Source: Verrucomicrobiota bacterium (GTDB lineage Bacteria > Verrucomicrobiota > Verrucomicrobiia > Opitutales > Cerasicoccaceae). Taken from it: a DNA stretch of 64,000 nucleotides. A program made the position numbers and the translations under genes. The notes beneath the pieces are model-generated. The model saw only the letters and a program-made list of their open reading frames with translations, was not told the origin of the DNA and searched no databases. Positions 28,297 to 38,694 of the stretch are shown here, one piece after another (within the stretch, counting starts at the first letter, position 1; each line of letters begins with the position of its first letter). The stretch lies in contig JBCBUK010000005.1 in assembly GCA_039818205.1 (NCBI GenBank), positions 224,001 through 288,000 of the forward strand. Reading direction: 5' to 3'.

Positions 28297-30630
28297 CTAT
28301 TGAGTCGAAATGATCAAATAGCGAACCTCTTCAGGCACGTGATTCACTTCCGCGTCGAACGAGGCTTCCTCTTCAACCTTTAACTCAACCGAAGTATTCG
28401 ACACGAGTTGCGAACGCAACGCGCTAGTATCTCCGCCGGCAAAGGATGTAATCTGAGCGAACACTGCGGGCCCGCTGATGCTACGACCAAAGTTGAGCAC
28501 GCTCCACTCATGGGTAACCGAGGTGCCCATATTGCCGACGAGAATGTCCGTGCCGTTCTCGGTTCCAAAACCAATACCCGCTGCGAGGTATGCGACGGTT
28601 TCCGCACCGTGGGTTTGGACTGCTGCACCTTGCTCCTTCTGGAGGCGAACGTCAAAGCTTCCCGCAGTAATATTGCGCATGCGAACGCTCGCGCTACTTG
28701 GGTCGTTGTTGGTTACCACTTGGGTCAACACCGTTTGCCCACCAAAGTAGTTGGGGGATTCAAAGCTCACCGTTTGCCAGGCATCGGTCACGCTCGCTAT
28801 GAAGCCAGCCTCAATACCACGACCACCAATCACGTGGCGACCCGCCTCAATTGCGATAAATGGGATGTCTTCGTTAGCCCAGTGATCACCATCAAGATAG
28901 TCCCACTCGTCGACGGTGAATTCAAACCCACTTGGCGTGATGTTTCGCACGCGCACAGTGCTCGGGTCAGCTCCATTGAAGCTTGGTGGACCCATGATGA
29001 TAACCGGGTTGGTGAAGCTTCCCTGCAAGCTTACCGATTTCCAACCGTTTGGCTGTGTCCACTTTTCAATACCCACCTCAATCACTGATGGTTGGCTCGT
29101 CCCTGGGTTGTTGATCGGAGAGGTGCGGTTCGGGCTGTTGCGTAAGGCCAGGTAGCGGTCCCGCATGGTTTGGACCCGTGTGGCTTGCGTCGGATCATTA
29201 ACCAAGTTGCCACTCTCATTCTCACCCGGATTGCTTTGGAGGTTGTAGAGCGCAATTGGTGTGAACACGTTTGCTGCAAAATTAGAGTCGAGCACCAGCT
29301 TCCAGTCGCCCTGACGGAACATGACGTCCTGGGCACTACCGCTTTGGAGAATCAATTCCGAGCGTGGCTGATAAGTGGAATCGCCCTTCAACAGTTTGGA
29401 GAAATCGTGTGAGTCCTTTGCTTCGCCGGACGTCACTTGAACACCAGCAATCGAAGCAATCGTTGCGACGAAGTCCGTGCCGTTAATCATGTGATCTGAA
29501 CGCGAATTGGGCGCAACGACACCAGGCCAGGTCACAATCAATGGAACGAGGTGGCCACCTTCGTGATAGCTATTCTTGTGCCCGCGAACCAATCCACCGT
29601 TTGAGTTGTGGCCAGCGTTTTGCGCCTGCCAATCGAAGAGGCCTCCATTGTCCGAGGTAAAGATGATGACCGTATTATTATATTCGCCGGTGCTCTTGAG
29701 CGCATCAACAATTTTGGATACTTCCCAATCAAGGACGCGGTTCATGTCCAAGTGATAAGTTGGCGTCGTTCCGCGAATGGGTTCTCCATCTAGGGAAACT
29801 TCAGGAGCGTGTGGGATGTGAACGGCTGGCGACCAGTAGCAGAGGAAGAAAGGCTCGCTACGACTCGATGCATCTTGGATGAACGAAACTGCGTTGCTAG
29901 CGAGCTTTTGATTGAGCGTGTATGCGCTCCACAAGGAATCACCCGGCCCCGGGCCCTTATCCGAAACAAACAGTGGATCCAGTGCGGTATTTTCATCCAA
30001 GTGAATGATCTGGGATGCCGGGCCAAACTTGTCCCAGGAGTCGTTGAGGTAAGCCAAGTATACTGGGCCTTGGACGCCCGTAGGTACGGTAAAGTTCCAA
30101 TCGAAACCATAGCTAGAAGGACCACCCGAAACCCAGGTGTTCAAGTCAACTTCCGCAGCGGTCGCATCTTCATCGCGGCCTCGATAGAATTGCGTTGAAC
30201 CATTGCGGCGGAAATCGCCACCCAAGTGCCACTTACCCACAAATCCAGTATAGTATCCTGCGCGTTTTGTGATCCGCGCCAAAGTCGTGTCACTCGCAGT
30301 AATGGCATTCTGACCATATGCGTTCCAAACGCCCCAAGGAGCCGAACTGCGGTAGTTGTAGTTCCCCGACATCACCGCGTAGCGGCTTGGCGCACAAAGC
30401 GAAGTAGGCGAATGCGCGTCGTCAAACCACATGCCTTCGTTCGCCAAGGTGTCCAAAGTTGGCGTAGGAGCCAATGCAGGCTGACCCGTTCGTTCGGTAT
30501 GCTGGCGCCCGATATCACCCGGCCCGACATCGTCGGCCATGATAAGAACAATATTGGGTTTTGCTTGTGCCACTGATACCGCCAGACACGCGACTAACCC
30601 GATGAAAGAAACAACACGTTTTGTGTTCAT
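28297..30630 (-). CDS. Secreted family S1 (formylglycine) sulfatase with three C-terminal beta-sandwich repeats
   Basis: Signal peptide, PNIVLIMADD, CAPSR (CxPxR), GKWHLG and FTSDNG. The C-terminal ~260 aa consist of three similar units. Confidence 0.92.
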   Translation of the reverse strand: MNTKRVVSFIGLVACLAVSVAQAKPNIVLIMADDVGPGDIGRQHTERTGQPALAPTPTLDTLANEGMWFDDAHSPTSLCAPSRYAVMSGNYNYRSSAPWGVWNAYGQNAITASDTTLARITKRAGYYTGFVGKWHLGGDFRRNGSTQFYRGRDEDATAAEVDLNTWVSGGPSSYGFDWNFTVPTGVQGPVYLAYLNDSWDKFGPASQIIHLDENTALDPLFVSDKGPGPGDSLWSAYTLNQKLASNAVSFIQDASSRSEPFFLCYWSPAVHIPHAPEVSLDGEPIRGTTPTYHLDMNRVLDWEVSKIVDALKSTGEYNNTVIIFTSDNGGLFDWQAQNAGHNSNGGLVRGHKNSYHEGGHLVPLIVTWPGVVAPNSRSDHMINGTDFVATIASIAGVQVTSGEAKDSHDFSKLLKGDSTYQPRSELILQSGSAQDVMFRQGDWKLVLDSNFAANVFTPIALYNLQSNPGENESGNLVNDPTQATRVQTMRDRYLALRNSPNRTSPINNPGTSQPSVIEVGIEKWTQPNGWKSVSLQGSFTNPVIIMGPPSFNGADPSTVRVRNITPSGFEFTVDEWDYLDGDHWANEDIPFIAIEAGRHVIGGRGIEAGFIASVTDAWQTVSFESPNYFGGQTVLTQVVTNNDPSSASVRMRNITAGSFDVRLQKEQGAAVQTHGAETVAYLAAGIGFGTENGTDILVGNMGTSVTHEWSVLNFGRSISGPAVFAQITSFAGGDTSALRSQLVSNTSVELKVEEEASFDAEVNHVPEEVRYLIISTQ

Positions 30631-31143
30631 CGATTGAATGAGTTTAAAGCTAGATTTTGATAACTATATAGAGGGATTGAGAAACCAATGCTGGTTTGCT
30701 CGTGCATAGAAAAAGCACATCGCACCCCCATCGCGCAAGCATGTAAGTTTTGGGTCTTTACCTAGGGCATTAAGTCCTTTATTTTGAATTTTTGATCAAA
30801 TTTTAGGGAATAAACCCTCATGCATATACCGCCAAAAAGCACTAAAATCGCGCAAACATACAAAGCTAAGGTTAGCTATTTGCATAACTTTACACGTGCA
30901 ATTAATGAATCCTTCGACTTTTGACAATCGGCTTGGGCTGCGCCAGATATCGATCGCTCAAGAATATGGTCAGCAGTCTAGCCACGAGCCAGATCATGCT
31001 GCTTCACTCCACAACAAAACGGACGATTTCAATCTGCTTACGAAGCTATCGCCAAGCGATAAGACGCAGGCAAATGCCAACGCTCAGCTTAACGCCGGAC
31101 TATTCCAGATTCAGAAGCCAGTGCGAGAAGCGTGATCTTCCAT

Positions 31144-31632
31144 CTACTGAGTAAGCTCCTCTTTGACGCCACCGCAACGTAGCATCATGGAACCATAATA
31201 GGGGTTGGCAACTGTCTCATCGGCTTGTATCCAACTCCCACCTTTTCCACCAAAAGCCATTGGGCAATGAACCAGATAAAGACTTTCACCATCAGGAAGC
31301 GCTTTGCTTTTGACCATCGCAATCATGCCTTCTGACAGAGGCAAAAAGGCAGCTCGCGCCGCCTTAATATCGGTCGATTCGGCAATCGTTGTCGCCGAGG
31401 CTTTCATTTGCGCGATCGATGCACTGCCAACCGGAGCACCATTGGCCAGCTGGACGAATGCCTTGGCACCTTTCTGAGCCTTTCCTAGGTCATCCTCAGC
31501 CAAACCCGACTGCATCTGCAAATAGGGTTGAACAAGAGCTGCCGCAAACTCGGCATTGCCGGACTCTGCGTGAAGGCCAAGGGCCGATGAGAATAAGAAT
31601 ATAAAAGTGAAGAGAGCGATGCGCATAATCAT
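31144..31632 (-). CDS. DUF3347-type periplasmic heavy-metal-binding protein
   Basis: Signal peptide, YLQMQSGLAEDD and HCPMAFGGKGGSWIQ...NPYYGSMMLRCG. Last gene of the Cus-type operon. Confidence 0.85.
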   Translation of the reverse strand: MIMRIALFTFIFLFSSALGLHAESGNAEFAAALVQPYLQMQSGLAEDDLGKAQKGAKAFVQLANGAPVGSASIAQMKASATTIAESTDIKAARAAFLPLSEGMIAMVKSKALPDGESLYLVHCPMAFGGKGGSWIQADETVANPYYGSMMLRCGGVKEELTQ

Positions 31633-34600
31633 GTCGAACCTTGGTGATGTTTAAAACGTAACATTATCTCTGCCAATCCGCAATAGAGTACTGGCACGAC
31701 GAAAATCGATATCGTAGCTAGCACCATGCCACCGAACGATGGTATTGCCATCGGAACCATGATGTCTGAGCCGCGCCCAACCGACGTCAACACCGGGAGT
31801 AAGGCCAAGATCGTAGTCGCGCTGGTCATAATGGCTGGGCGAACGCGTCGCGCACCCGCCTCAATGGTTGCCTGACGAATCGCCTCGATCGAATCTGGCT
31901 TCCGGTTCTTGAAGGTCTGCTGTAAGTAGGTGCAGACGATCACCCCGTCGTCGGTAGCGATACCAAACAACGCCAGGAAGCCCACCCAAACAGCAACGCT
32001 CAGGTTAATGGTCCCCATTTGAAATAGTGCCCGCAAATTATGTCCAAACAGATCGAAGTCCAAGAACCACGGTTGGCCATACAACCAGATAAGGATGAAG
32101 CCACCGGACCAGGCGAACGCGATACCGGTGAATACCATAAAAGTCTCGGGGATCCGTTTGAACTGTAGATACAACATCAGCCAGATTATGACCAAGGCAA
32201 TGGGTAGCATCATGGCGAGCTTCTTGGCCGCTCGCACCTGGTTCTCATAATTGCCCGTGAAGACGTAGCTAACACCGGCAGGAATCTCGAAATCTCCCGA
32301 CGCCTTTTTCGCATCGAGGAAACGCTGCGCTTGCTCGACGACTTCCACTTCAGAAAACCCGGGACGCTTATCAAAGATAACGTATCCAACCAGAAAGGTG
32401 TCTTCACTTTTGATTACTTGCGGTCCACGCACATAGTTAATTGAAGCAAGTTCACGTAGGGGCACTTGAGTTCCGTCAGGCCCGGCAACTAAGATTTCTT
32501 TGATTGCTTCAATGGTGTCCCGCAGTTCACGCAAATATCGAACCCGAACCGAGTACCGCTCACGCCCTTCAACCGTTTGAGTGATCGGCCTACCGCCAAC
32601 GGCCACCTCGATCACATCCTGTACCATCTGAATTTTGACGCCATAGCGAGCGATCGCATCGCGATCGATTTCGATCTCGAGATAAGGCTTCCCCACAATG
32701 CGATCGGCGAGCACTGCCTCGGCCTTTACCGACGGCACCTCCTTCAAGAAACCTTCGATCTCCAGGGCAACCTTCTCAATCGTTTCGAGATCAGGGCCGT
32801 AGACTTTCAATCCCATCGGTGCCCGCATTCCACTTTGAAGCATTACGAGCCGAGCCGCGATCGGTTGCAACTTGGGGGCCGAAGTCGTACCTGGAATCGT
32901 GGCCGCGGTTACGATCTCATCCCAAATATCATCCGGACTGTTGATCTCATCACGCCATTGGCGAAACGGTCGCCCACGGTCATCCGGAACTAGCTCGCCA
33001 GAGTCATCGCGGACAAACTCATTGCGATCCGCATCGTAGCGAAATGTGAGCACTCTTCCATTCTCGTCCGTCTTAAATTCTGACTTATAACTAATGATCG
33101 TCTCGATCATCGAAATCGGCGCTGGATCAAGCGGACTGTCCACGCGGCCCAACTTACCCACTGCAAGTTCAACTTCAGGAATCGCGTTGATGGCCATATC
33201 CTGCTTGCGCAACACGTCCATGACCTCGCCAATCGATGCATGCGGCATCGTCGTTGGCATCAACAGGAAAGACCCTTCGTCCAGATCCGGCATAAACTCT
33301 TTGCCCAACCCTGGCACCTGGTGCGCCATAAATACAAAGGGACTCGATTTCTTGATTGGCTCGGGCAACCAGCCGAAGACTTTGCCCCAACCTAGCCAAA
33401 TCGAAAAACCAAAAACGACGACAAGCGCGCTAACCCCCAGGAACACGGTTTTGTATCGCAGGATTGCCCCAAGTATCGCCGTGTAGAAGTGTAGAAAAAG
33501 ATGAAAGAAACTGAGCAATCCACCAACTGCCAGGAGCACAAATAGAACATTGTGAAAGCGCTCGTCTGGTCCAAGCGGCTGCCAATCCGCCGCCAATAGA
33601 ATTGAAACGTAGATCGCGACTAGAAAATTGAAGGCTATGAGAAGAGCACGCTCAATCCTACCAGGAATTTTCTCTCGGAACCAATGGAACGCGGCTGCTC
33701 CAACTAGCAGGAGCCCAAGAGCCCATGGAAACCAGGCCAAGAACGCTGGCCCAAGGATACCGACCGCAGCCACGATCGCCCACAAGCTACGCTTCGCCCA
33801 ACCCGATCGGTAGCAGCCCGCGATAAACCAGTGGGCCAACGGTGGAATGATCGTCAGCGCGACCACAATTGAGCCAATCAAGGCGAAGGTCTTTGTGTAA
33901 GCCAAGGGTCGGAAAAGCTTCCCTTCGGCTGCCTCCATCGAAAAGACCGGCAAGAAACTAATCACCGTCGTGAGTACGGCGGTCAACACGGCACCCGCAA
34001 CTTCCGAACAAGCACGGTAAACCACATTCAGACGGTTCTCGTCCGGGGAAGCACTTTCCAGATGTCTCAGGATATTCTCAATCAACACGACGCCCATGTC
34101 GACGATGGTGCCGATAGCGATGGCGATACCAGACAACGCAACCACATTGGCATCAACGCCGAATAGGCTCATACCAATGAAAGCAAACAGTACGGCCAAC
34201 GGAAGTACCCCTGAAATCAACGAGGCGCTACGCAAGTGCAGCACCATCACCACAACAACGATAATGGTTACCAAGATTTGTTGGCGCACGGCGTCCTCCA
34301 GGGTCCCCAGGGTCTCGTAGATCAAGCCCGTTCGATCATAGAAAGGAACAATTGCCACTTGGCTAACCGTCCCATCAGCCAGCGTTTTTTTAGGAAGCCC
34401 GGGAGAAATCTCATCGATCTTCTCCTTTACGCGTTTGATGACGGACAAGGGATTCACGCCATAGCGGGTAACCACAACGCCACCGACGGCTTCAGCACCT
34501 GCCTTATCTAATGCTCCACGGCGGAGCGCCGGCCCATAGCCAATCGTCGCGACCTGCTCCAAAGTAATTGGAACATTGTTCCGCTGTGTAATAACCGTTT

Positions 34601-35411
34601 TTCGCAGGTCATCAAGATCCTCAATAAAGCCAAGACCACGAATGACGTACTCGACACGATTGATCTCAATGGTACGGGCCCCGACATCAAGGTTGCTCCC
34701 GCGAACGGCATCAAAAACCTCGTGCAAAGGAATGTCGTAAACCCGGAGTGCATCCGGGTCCACATCCACTTGATACTCTTTGACGAAGCCACCCACGGAC
34801 GCCACCTCGGCAACGCCGTCAACTCCCTGCAAAGCATAGCGCACATACCAATCCTGAACACTTCGCAACTCCTCTAAATCCCAGCCACCAGTTGGCTCTC
34901 CATCGGCATCCATTCCTTCCAGTGTATACCAGAACACCTGGCCCAGGGCGGTGGCATCGGGGCCGAGCTGAGGCGAAACACCTTGAGGCAGTGTTCCAGC
35001 CGGCAAACTATTGAGCTTCTCCAGAATCCGACTACGCGTCCAATAGAACTCAACGTCTTCCTTAAATATGATGTAGATCGAAGAGAACCCGAACATCGAG
35101 TAGCTGCGGATAGTCTTAACCTCCGGCAACCCAAGGAGTGCGGTTGTTAGCGGGTAAGTAATCTGATCTTCAATGTCCTGCGGCGACCGCCCCATCCATT
35201 CGGTAAAAACAATCTGCTGATTCTCACCAATATCGGGAATCGCATCGACCGGGATAGGGTCCCGCTGCAAATAGCCCACCTCCCAGTCAAACGGTGCCAC
35301 CGCAACTCCCCAAAGAATCACCCCCAAGGCAAAAATCAGCACGACCAGCTTGTTCTGAAGACAAAACAAGAGGACCCAATCGACCGGACCTTTGGGCTTA
35401 TCAATTGGCAT
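31629..35411 (-). CDS. cusA: CusA/CzcA-family heavy-metal (Cu/Ag) RND permease
   Basis: DAIPDIGENQQIVFTEWMGRSPQ, LGPDATALGQV, MLQSGMRAPMG, GIATDDG and RVRPAIMTSATT. The ATG at 35411 overlaps the end of cusB. Confidence 0.92.
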   Translation of the reverse strand: MPIDKPKGPVDWVLLFCLQNKLVVLIFALGVILWGVAVAPFDWEVGYLQRDPIPVDAIPDIGENQQIVFTEWMGRSPQDIEDQITYPLTTALLGLPEVKTIRSYSMFGFSSIYIIFKEDVEFYWTRSRILEKLNSLPAGTLPQGVSPQLGPDATALGQVFWYTLEGMDADGEPTGGWDLEELRSVQDWYVRYALQGVDGVAEVASVGGFVKEYQVDVDPDALRVYDIPLHEVFDAVRGSNLDVGARTIEINRVEYVIRGLGFIEDLDDLRKTVITQRNNVPITLEQVATIGYGPALRRGALDKAGAEAVGGVVVTRYGVNPLSVIKRVKEKIDEISPGLPKKTLADGTVSQVAIVPFYDRTGLIYETLGTLEDAVRQQILVTIIVVVVMVLHLRSASLISGVLPLAVLFAFIGMSLFGVDANVVALSGIAIAIGTIVDMGVVLIENILRHLESASPDENRLNVVYRACSEVAGAVLTAVLTTVISFLPVFSMEAAEGKLFRPLAYTKTFALIGSIVVALTIIPPLAHWFIAGCYRSGWAKRSLWAIVAAVGILGPAFLAWFPWALGLLLVGAAAFHWFREKIPGRIERALLIAFNFLVAIYVSILLAADWQPLGPDERFHNVLFVLLAVGGLLSFFHLFLHFYTAILGAILRYKTVFLGVSALVVVFGFSIWLGWGKVFGWLPEPIKKSSPFVFMAHQVPGLGKEFMPDLDEGSFLLMPTTMPHASIGEVMDVLRKQDMAINAIPEVELAVGKLGRVDSPLDPAPISMIETIISYKSEFKTDENGRVLTFRYDADRNEFVRDDSGELVPDDRGRPFRQWRDEINSPDDIWDEIVTAATIPGTTSAPKLQPIAARLVMLQSGMRAPMGLKVYGPDLETIEKVALEIEGFLKEVPSVKAEAVLADRIVGKPYLEIEIDRDAIARYGVKIQMVQDVIEVAVGGRPITQTVEGRERYSVRVRYLRELRDTIEAIKEILVAGPDGTQVPLRELASINYVRGPQVIKSEDTFLVGYVIFDKRPGFSEVEVVEQAQRFLDAKKASGDFEIPAGVSYVFTGNYENQVRAAKKLAMMLPIALVIIWLMLYLQFKRIPETFMVFTGIAFAWSGGFILIWLYGQPWFLDFDLFGHNLRALFQMGTINLSVAVWVGFLALFGIATDDGVIVCTYLQQTFKNRKPDSIEAIRQATIEAGARRVRPAIMTSATTILALLPVLTSVGRGSDIMVPMAIPSFGGMVLATISIFVVPVLYCGLAEIMLRFKHHQGST

Positions 35412-37284
35412 CTTTTGCGTCACCACCAATCGTTTCTTTGACCTCGCCGCACTTCAACATCATCGCCCCGAAGTAGGGATTCTTGAGTGGCTCAGACGCC
35501 TGCAACCAATCAGCCCCGGTATCGCCATAAACCATTGGGCAGTGCATAATGAGTAGTTCACCAGACGATGCGGTAGGATCAGCTTTTATTGCGTTGATCA
35601 TGGCTGCTGAAAGCTGATCAAAGCCCGGCTTGCGGATTGCCTCCAAGGAGTCGGCTGCCATCATCTCGCGAATCAGCTCAGGAAGCGGACCTAAATGTCC
35701 TGTCGTTACGGCCATCGATATCAAAGCCTTCTTCGCTCCGTTCAAATCATCATTCGCGAGCATCGCCTGAAGCTTCAAATAGTCCGGGAGAAGCTTCTTT
35801 GCCATCGTTCCGGGTATGGTCAGCTGCGGTTCTCTGTCCCCCATATCCATGGGCATGTCCGCATGATCATGACCGCGTGGCGATCCACCACCTTCCGGAT
35901 TCATCATGCTGGGTTTGGCTTGAATCTGCAGCGCGCTATCGATCTTGAACGCACCGTTACTCACCACAAATTCACCGGCCTCAAGCCCCTCCATAACCAC
36001 AAACTGATCGCCAGCACGGGGTCCCAAGGTGATCTCACGCCCTTCATAGGTCGGATTCTCAGCGGTGAGATCCTGCACGTAAACCACCGAACGTTTACCC
36101 GTACGCAATACCGATGAAGCAGGAACCACCAAGGGCGGCTCGTCCGAAATTTCCTGCACGTATCCCAGCTCTTCCGCGGGGACGAGCGCCATTCCGCAAA
36201 CATCACAGTCGCCTGGTCCATCTTTGATAATTTCAGGATGCATCGGGCTGATCCACTTACCTGCCAATTCCGGGGCGACGACTTGACCGCCATCGGCCAT
36301 TTTTGCGGACACGATTCCCCGGGCAAACATGCCAGGCTTCAACCGGCCATCTTCATTCGGAACATTGACGCGCACCTGAGTCGTTCGCGTCTGCCGATTG
36401 ACCTCCGGATTAATAAACGCTATCCGCCCTTCAAAAGCTTCGCCTGGAAAAGCCTGAACCGTAAAGCTCACATTCTGCCCGTAGCGCAGCCAGGTCAGGT
36501 CCGATTCATAGGCATCCAGATACAGCCAGAGCACACTTAAATCCACGATCTTGAAAAGCGTCTCACCCGTTTGAATGTAGTCCCCTTCCTTGACCTTCTT
36601 ATAAACCACAACCCCGCCGATCGGCGCCCGCAATACAAACTCACTCGTTGCCTCGCCACTCTCAACGATGGCATCGATCTGGTCGGGTAATAGATCCCAA
36701 AGGCGCAATTTCTCCTTCGCCGCTTGAGTGATGGAACTCGCGGGGTCCCGCCGATAGGCCGTTAGCAATTCGCGCTGGGCCGTTAGAAGATCTGGGCTGT
36801 AAATTTTGGCTAGGTGCTCCCCCTTTTTCACGCGAACTCCAGTGAAGTTTACGAACAGCTGATCAATGCGAGCCGGGAAACGCGCCGTTAGCGCCTTCTC
36901 TCGGGTTTCATCGTATTCGAGCTCCCCGACCAGGCGAACCGCGACTTCGGGAAAACGACGAATGACCTCCGTGGTCTCGATTTCTGCAAGGGCCCGCGAA
37001 CTTTCGCTCATGCTCATCGCTCGCGGGTTATCACTCACATGATCGTCTTGTGTCAGGGGAATGAGATCCATACCGCAGATGGGGCAATCACCCGGCTCCG
37101 TCTGACGGATCTGCGGATGCATTGAACAGGTCCAAATCGTTTCATCAGCAAAACTATCAACACTCTCGGCGGCCACCGATCCATCGGCATCGCTAGCATT
37201 CGATCCCGCCGGCATTAGGTAACGGCCCGCCATCAAGCCAAGGAGGACAGCAACTGCAGCGATGATGATTGCTTTCTTATTCAT
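35401..37284 (-). CDS. cusB: CusB-type periplasmic adaptor with heavy-metal-binding domains and a C-terminal DUF3347-like domain
   Basis: WTCSMHPQIRQTEPGDCPICGMDL, ISPMHPEI...CDVCGMAL, LKPGMFA and HCPMV...NPYFGAMMLKCG. The ATG at 37284 is preferred. Confidence 0.9.
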   Translation of the reverse strand: MNKKAIIIAAVAVLLGLMAGRYLMPAGSNASDADGSVAAESVDSFADETIWTCSMHPQIRQTEPGDCPICGMDLIPLTQDDHVSDNPRAMSMSESSRALAEIETTEVIRRFPEVAVRLVGELEYDETREKALTARFPARIDQLFVNFTGVRVKKGEHLAKIYSPDLLTAQRELLTAYRRDPASSITQAAKEKLRLWDLLPDQIDAIVESGEATSEFVLRAPIGGVVVYKKVKEGDYIQTGETLFKIVDLSVLWLYLDAYESDLTWLRYGQNVSFTVQAFPGEAFEGRIAFINPEVNRQTRTTQVRVNVPNEDGRLKPGMFARGIVSAKMADGGQVVAPELAGKWISPMHPEIIKDGPGDCDVCGMALVPAEELGYVQEISDEPPLVVPASSVLRTGKRSVVYVQDLTAENPTYEGREITLGPRAGDQFVVMEGLEAGEFVVSNGAFKIDSALQIQAKPSMMNPEGGGSPRGHDHADMPMDMGDREPQLTIPGTMAKKLLPDYLKLQAMLANDDLNGAKKALISMAVTTGHLGPLPELIREMMAADSLEAIRKPGFDQLSAAMINAIKADPTASSGELLIMHCPMVYGDTGADWLQASEPLKNPYFGAMMLKCGEVKETIGGDAKDAN

Positions 37285-38599
37285 GGTCTTGTGTGGCGTG
37301 AAAGGTTCCCAGAATCGGTTGGTTAGCAAGCGTCTGGATAATGACGCGCTGTTGCCAGGCATCGGTGGCGGCTCGCCAATAAAGCAGCTGCAGTTCCAAA
37401 AGGGAGCGTTCGCTATCGATCACCTCAAGAATTCCTGTGCGTCCATTCTCATAGCTGTAGCGGCTATTCTCAGCAGCCTGTTCGGCGAGCCCCAGCAACT
37501 CATCACCGTACAAGGCAAGTCGACGATTAGCATCATTCAATCGCGCGACCGACGCACTTAGCTCAGCCCGCAAGCGATTGGAGCGATTGTCATATTCATT
37601 TTCATTCGCCCGTTGACTGGCCAATGCTTCTGCTCGGGCCGCATCGTATTTCTTAAACCAAATCGGAATCGTGAGCGCAACGGTGAAGCCCCATGGATCT
37701 TCACCTGCATCGGGCGTGTTGGGGCTCACCTCTGGTTCGCCCGTTTGAATGTAGTTAAACCCGAGGGTGATATCCGGAAAACTTTCCAACCGGGCGATCT
37801 CGCGACGCGCTTCAGCACTTGCTACTTGTCGCTCTAACATCAGCAGCTCTGGATTGTTGGTTTCAATCGCGACTATTAGCGATGGCCCATCTACCTGGAT
37901 GACTTCGGGACGATCCCAATCTGGCCACGGAAGCGTTGATTGAGCCGCCGTTGCCAACAGCTCATTGAGTTTCGCCGACTGGGCGATTCGCTTCTGCTTA
38001 AGTGATTCCAATTGGTCTCCAATCTTCCCAACCTCAACCTTGAGACGAAGCAACGCATTCAGGTCTCCTCCTGCTTTGACCTTTTCTTCCACGACGGGTT
38101 CCAACTGCTGAAGCAGGTCCAAATTTTCTTCGGTTAACTCAATCGCATGCCCGGTGAACCCATACTCATAGAAATTCAAGGCAACTGAACGAGCCACCAT
38201 GAGTTGCTGGCTTTGAAACGCATACCAGAGTGCCTCCGCTTCGGCCGAGGCAGCATTCTCCCGGCTTCCAAGTTTGCCAAACCAAGGAATGGTTTGGCTG
38301 AGCATAAACACATTCTCTTGTGGTCCGGTTCGAGTCTGCACGGACTCAACAAAATGGGTGATCTGAAATCGTGGCTCAGGCAAGGCCGACGCCTGCGGTA
38401 TCCGTTGCATCGCAGCTTCGTACCGCGCCTCAAATGCCTTAAGTTGAGGATTCGCGGCTTGAGCTTGCTCTAGGTAGCTTTGCAGATCCGTTGGGCCAGC
38501 GTCACTGGATTGAGCATGGGAGGCACAACTCAGCCCAAGGATAAGCGTGAGCGCCAGCGAACACTTGAGTCTTTTCTGAGCGTAACTGCGAAGAACCAT
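37277..38599 (-). CDS. TolC-family outer-membrane channel of the Cus-type system
   Basis: Signal peptide, AQAANPQLKA, LSQTIPWFGKL, FPDITLG and YENGRTGILEVIDSER. Overlaps the cusB start. Confidence 0.9.
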   Translation of the reverse strand: MVLRSYAQKRLKCSLALTLILGLSCASHAQSSDAGPTDLQSYLEQAQAANPQLKAFEARYEAAMQRIPQASALPEPRFQITHFVESVQTRTGPQENVFMLSQTIPWFGKLGSRENAASAEAEALWYAFQSQQLMVARSVALNFYEYGFTGHAIELTEENLDLLQQLEPVVEEKVKAGGDLNALLRLKVEVGKIGDQLESLKQKRIAQSAKLNELLATAAQSTLPWPDWDRPEVIQVDGPSLIVAIETNNPELLMLERQVASAEARREIARLESFPDITLGFNYIQTGEPEVSPNTPDAGEDPWGFTVALTIPIWFKKYDAARAEALASQRANENEYDNRSNRLRAELSASVARLNDANRRLALYGDELLGLAEQAAENSRYSYENGRTGILEVIDSERSLLELQLLYWRAATDAWQQRVIIQTLANQPILGTFHATQDHE

Positions 38600-38694
38600 A
38601 ACTTGCGTCGTTGTGTCCTAGGACACTCGATAATACCCGTAAACTCAATCCATAGTTTTCGGATAATCGTCGAAGCGATTGGAGCCCGCTATGG

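Noticed and set aside
28408..29088. 226-aa plus-strand ORF
   Set aside because: Antisense to the sulfatase C-terminal repeats, with no coding features of its own.
30896..31154. Short plus-strand ORFs between the sulfatase and DUF3347 genes
   Set aside because: No recognisable domain or initiation signal; cannot be supported.
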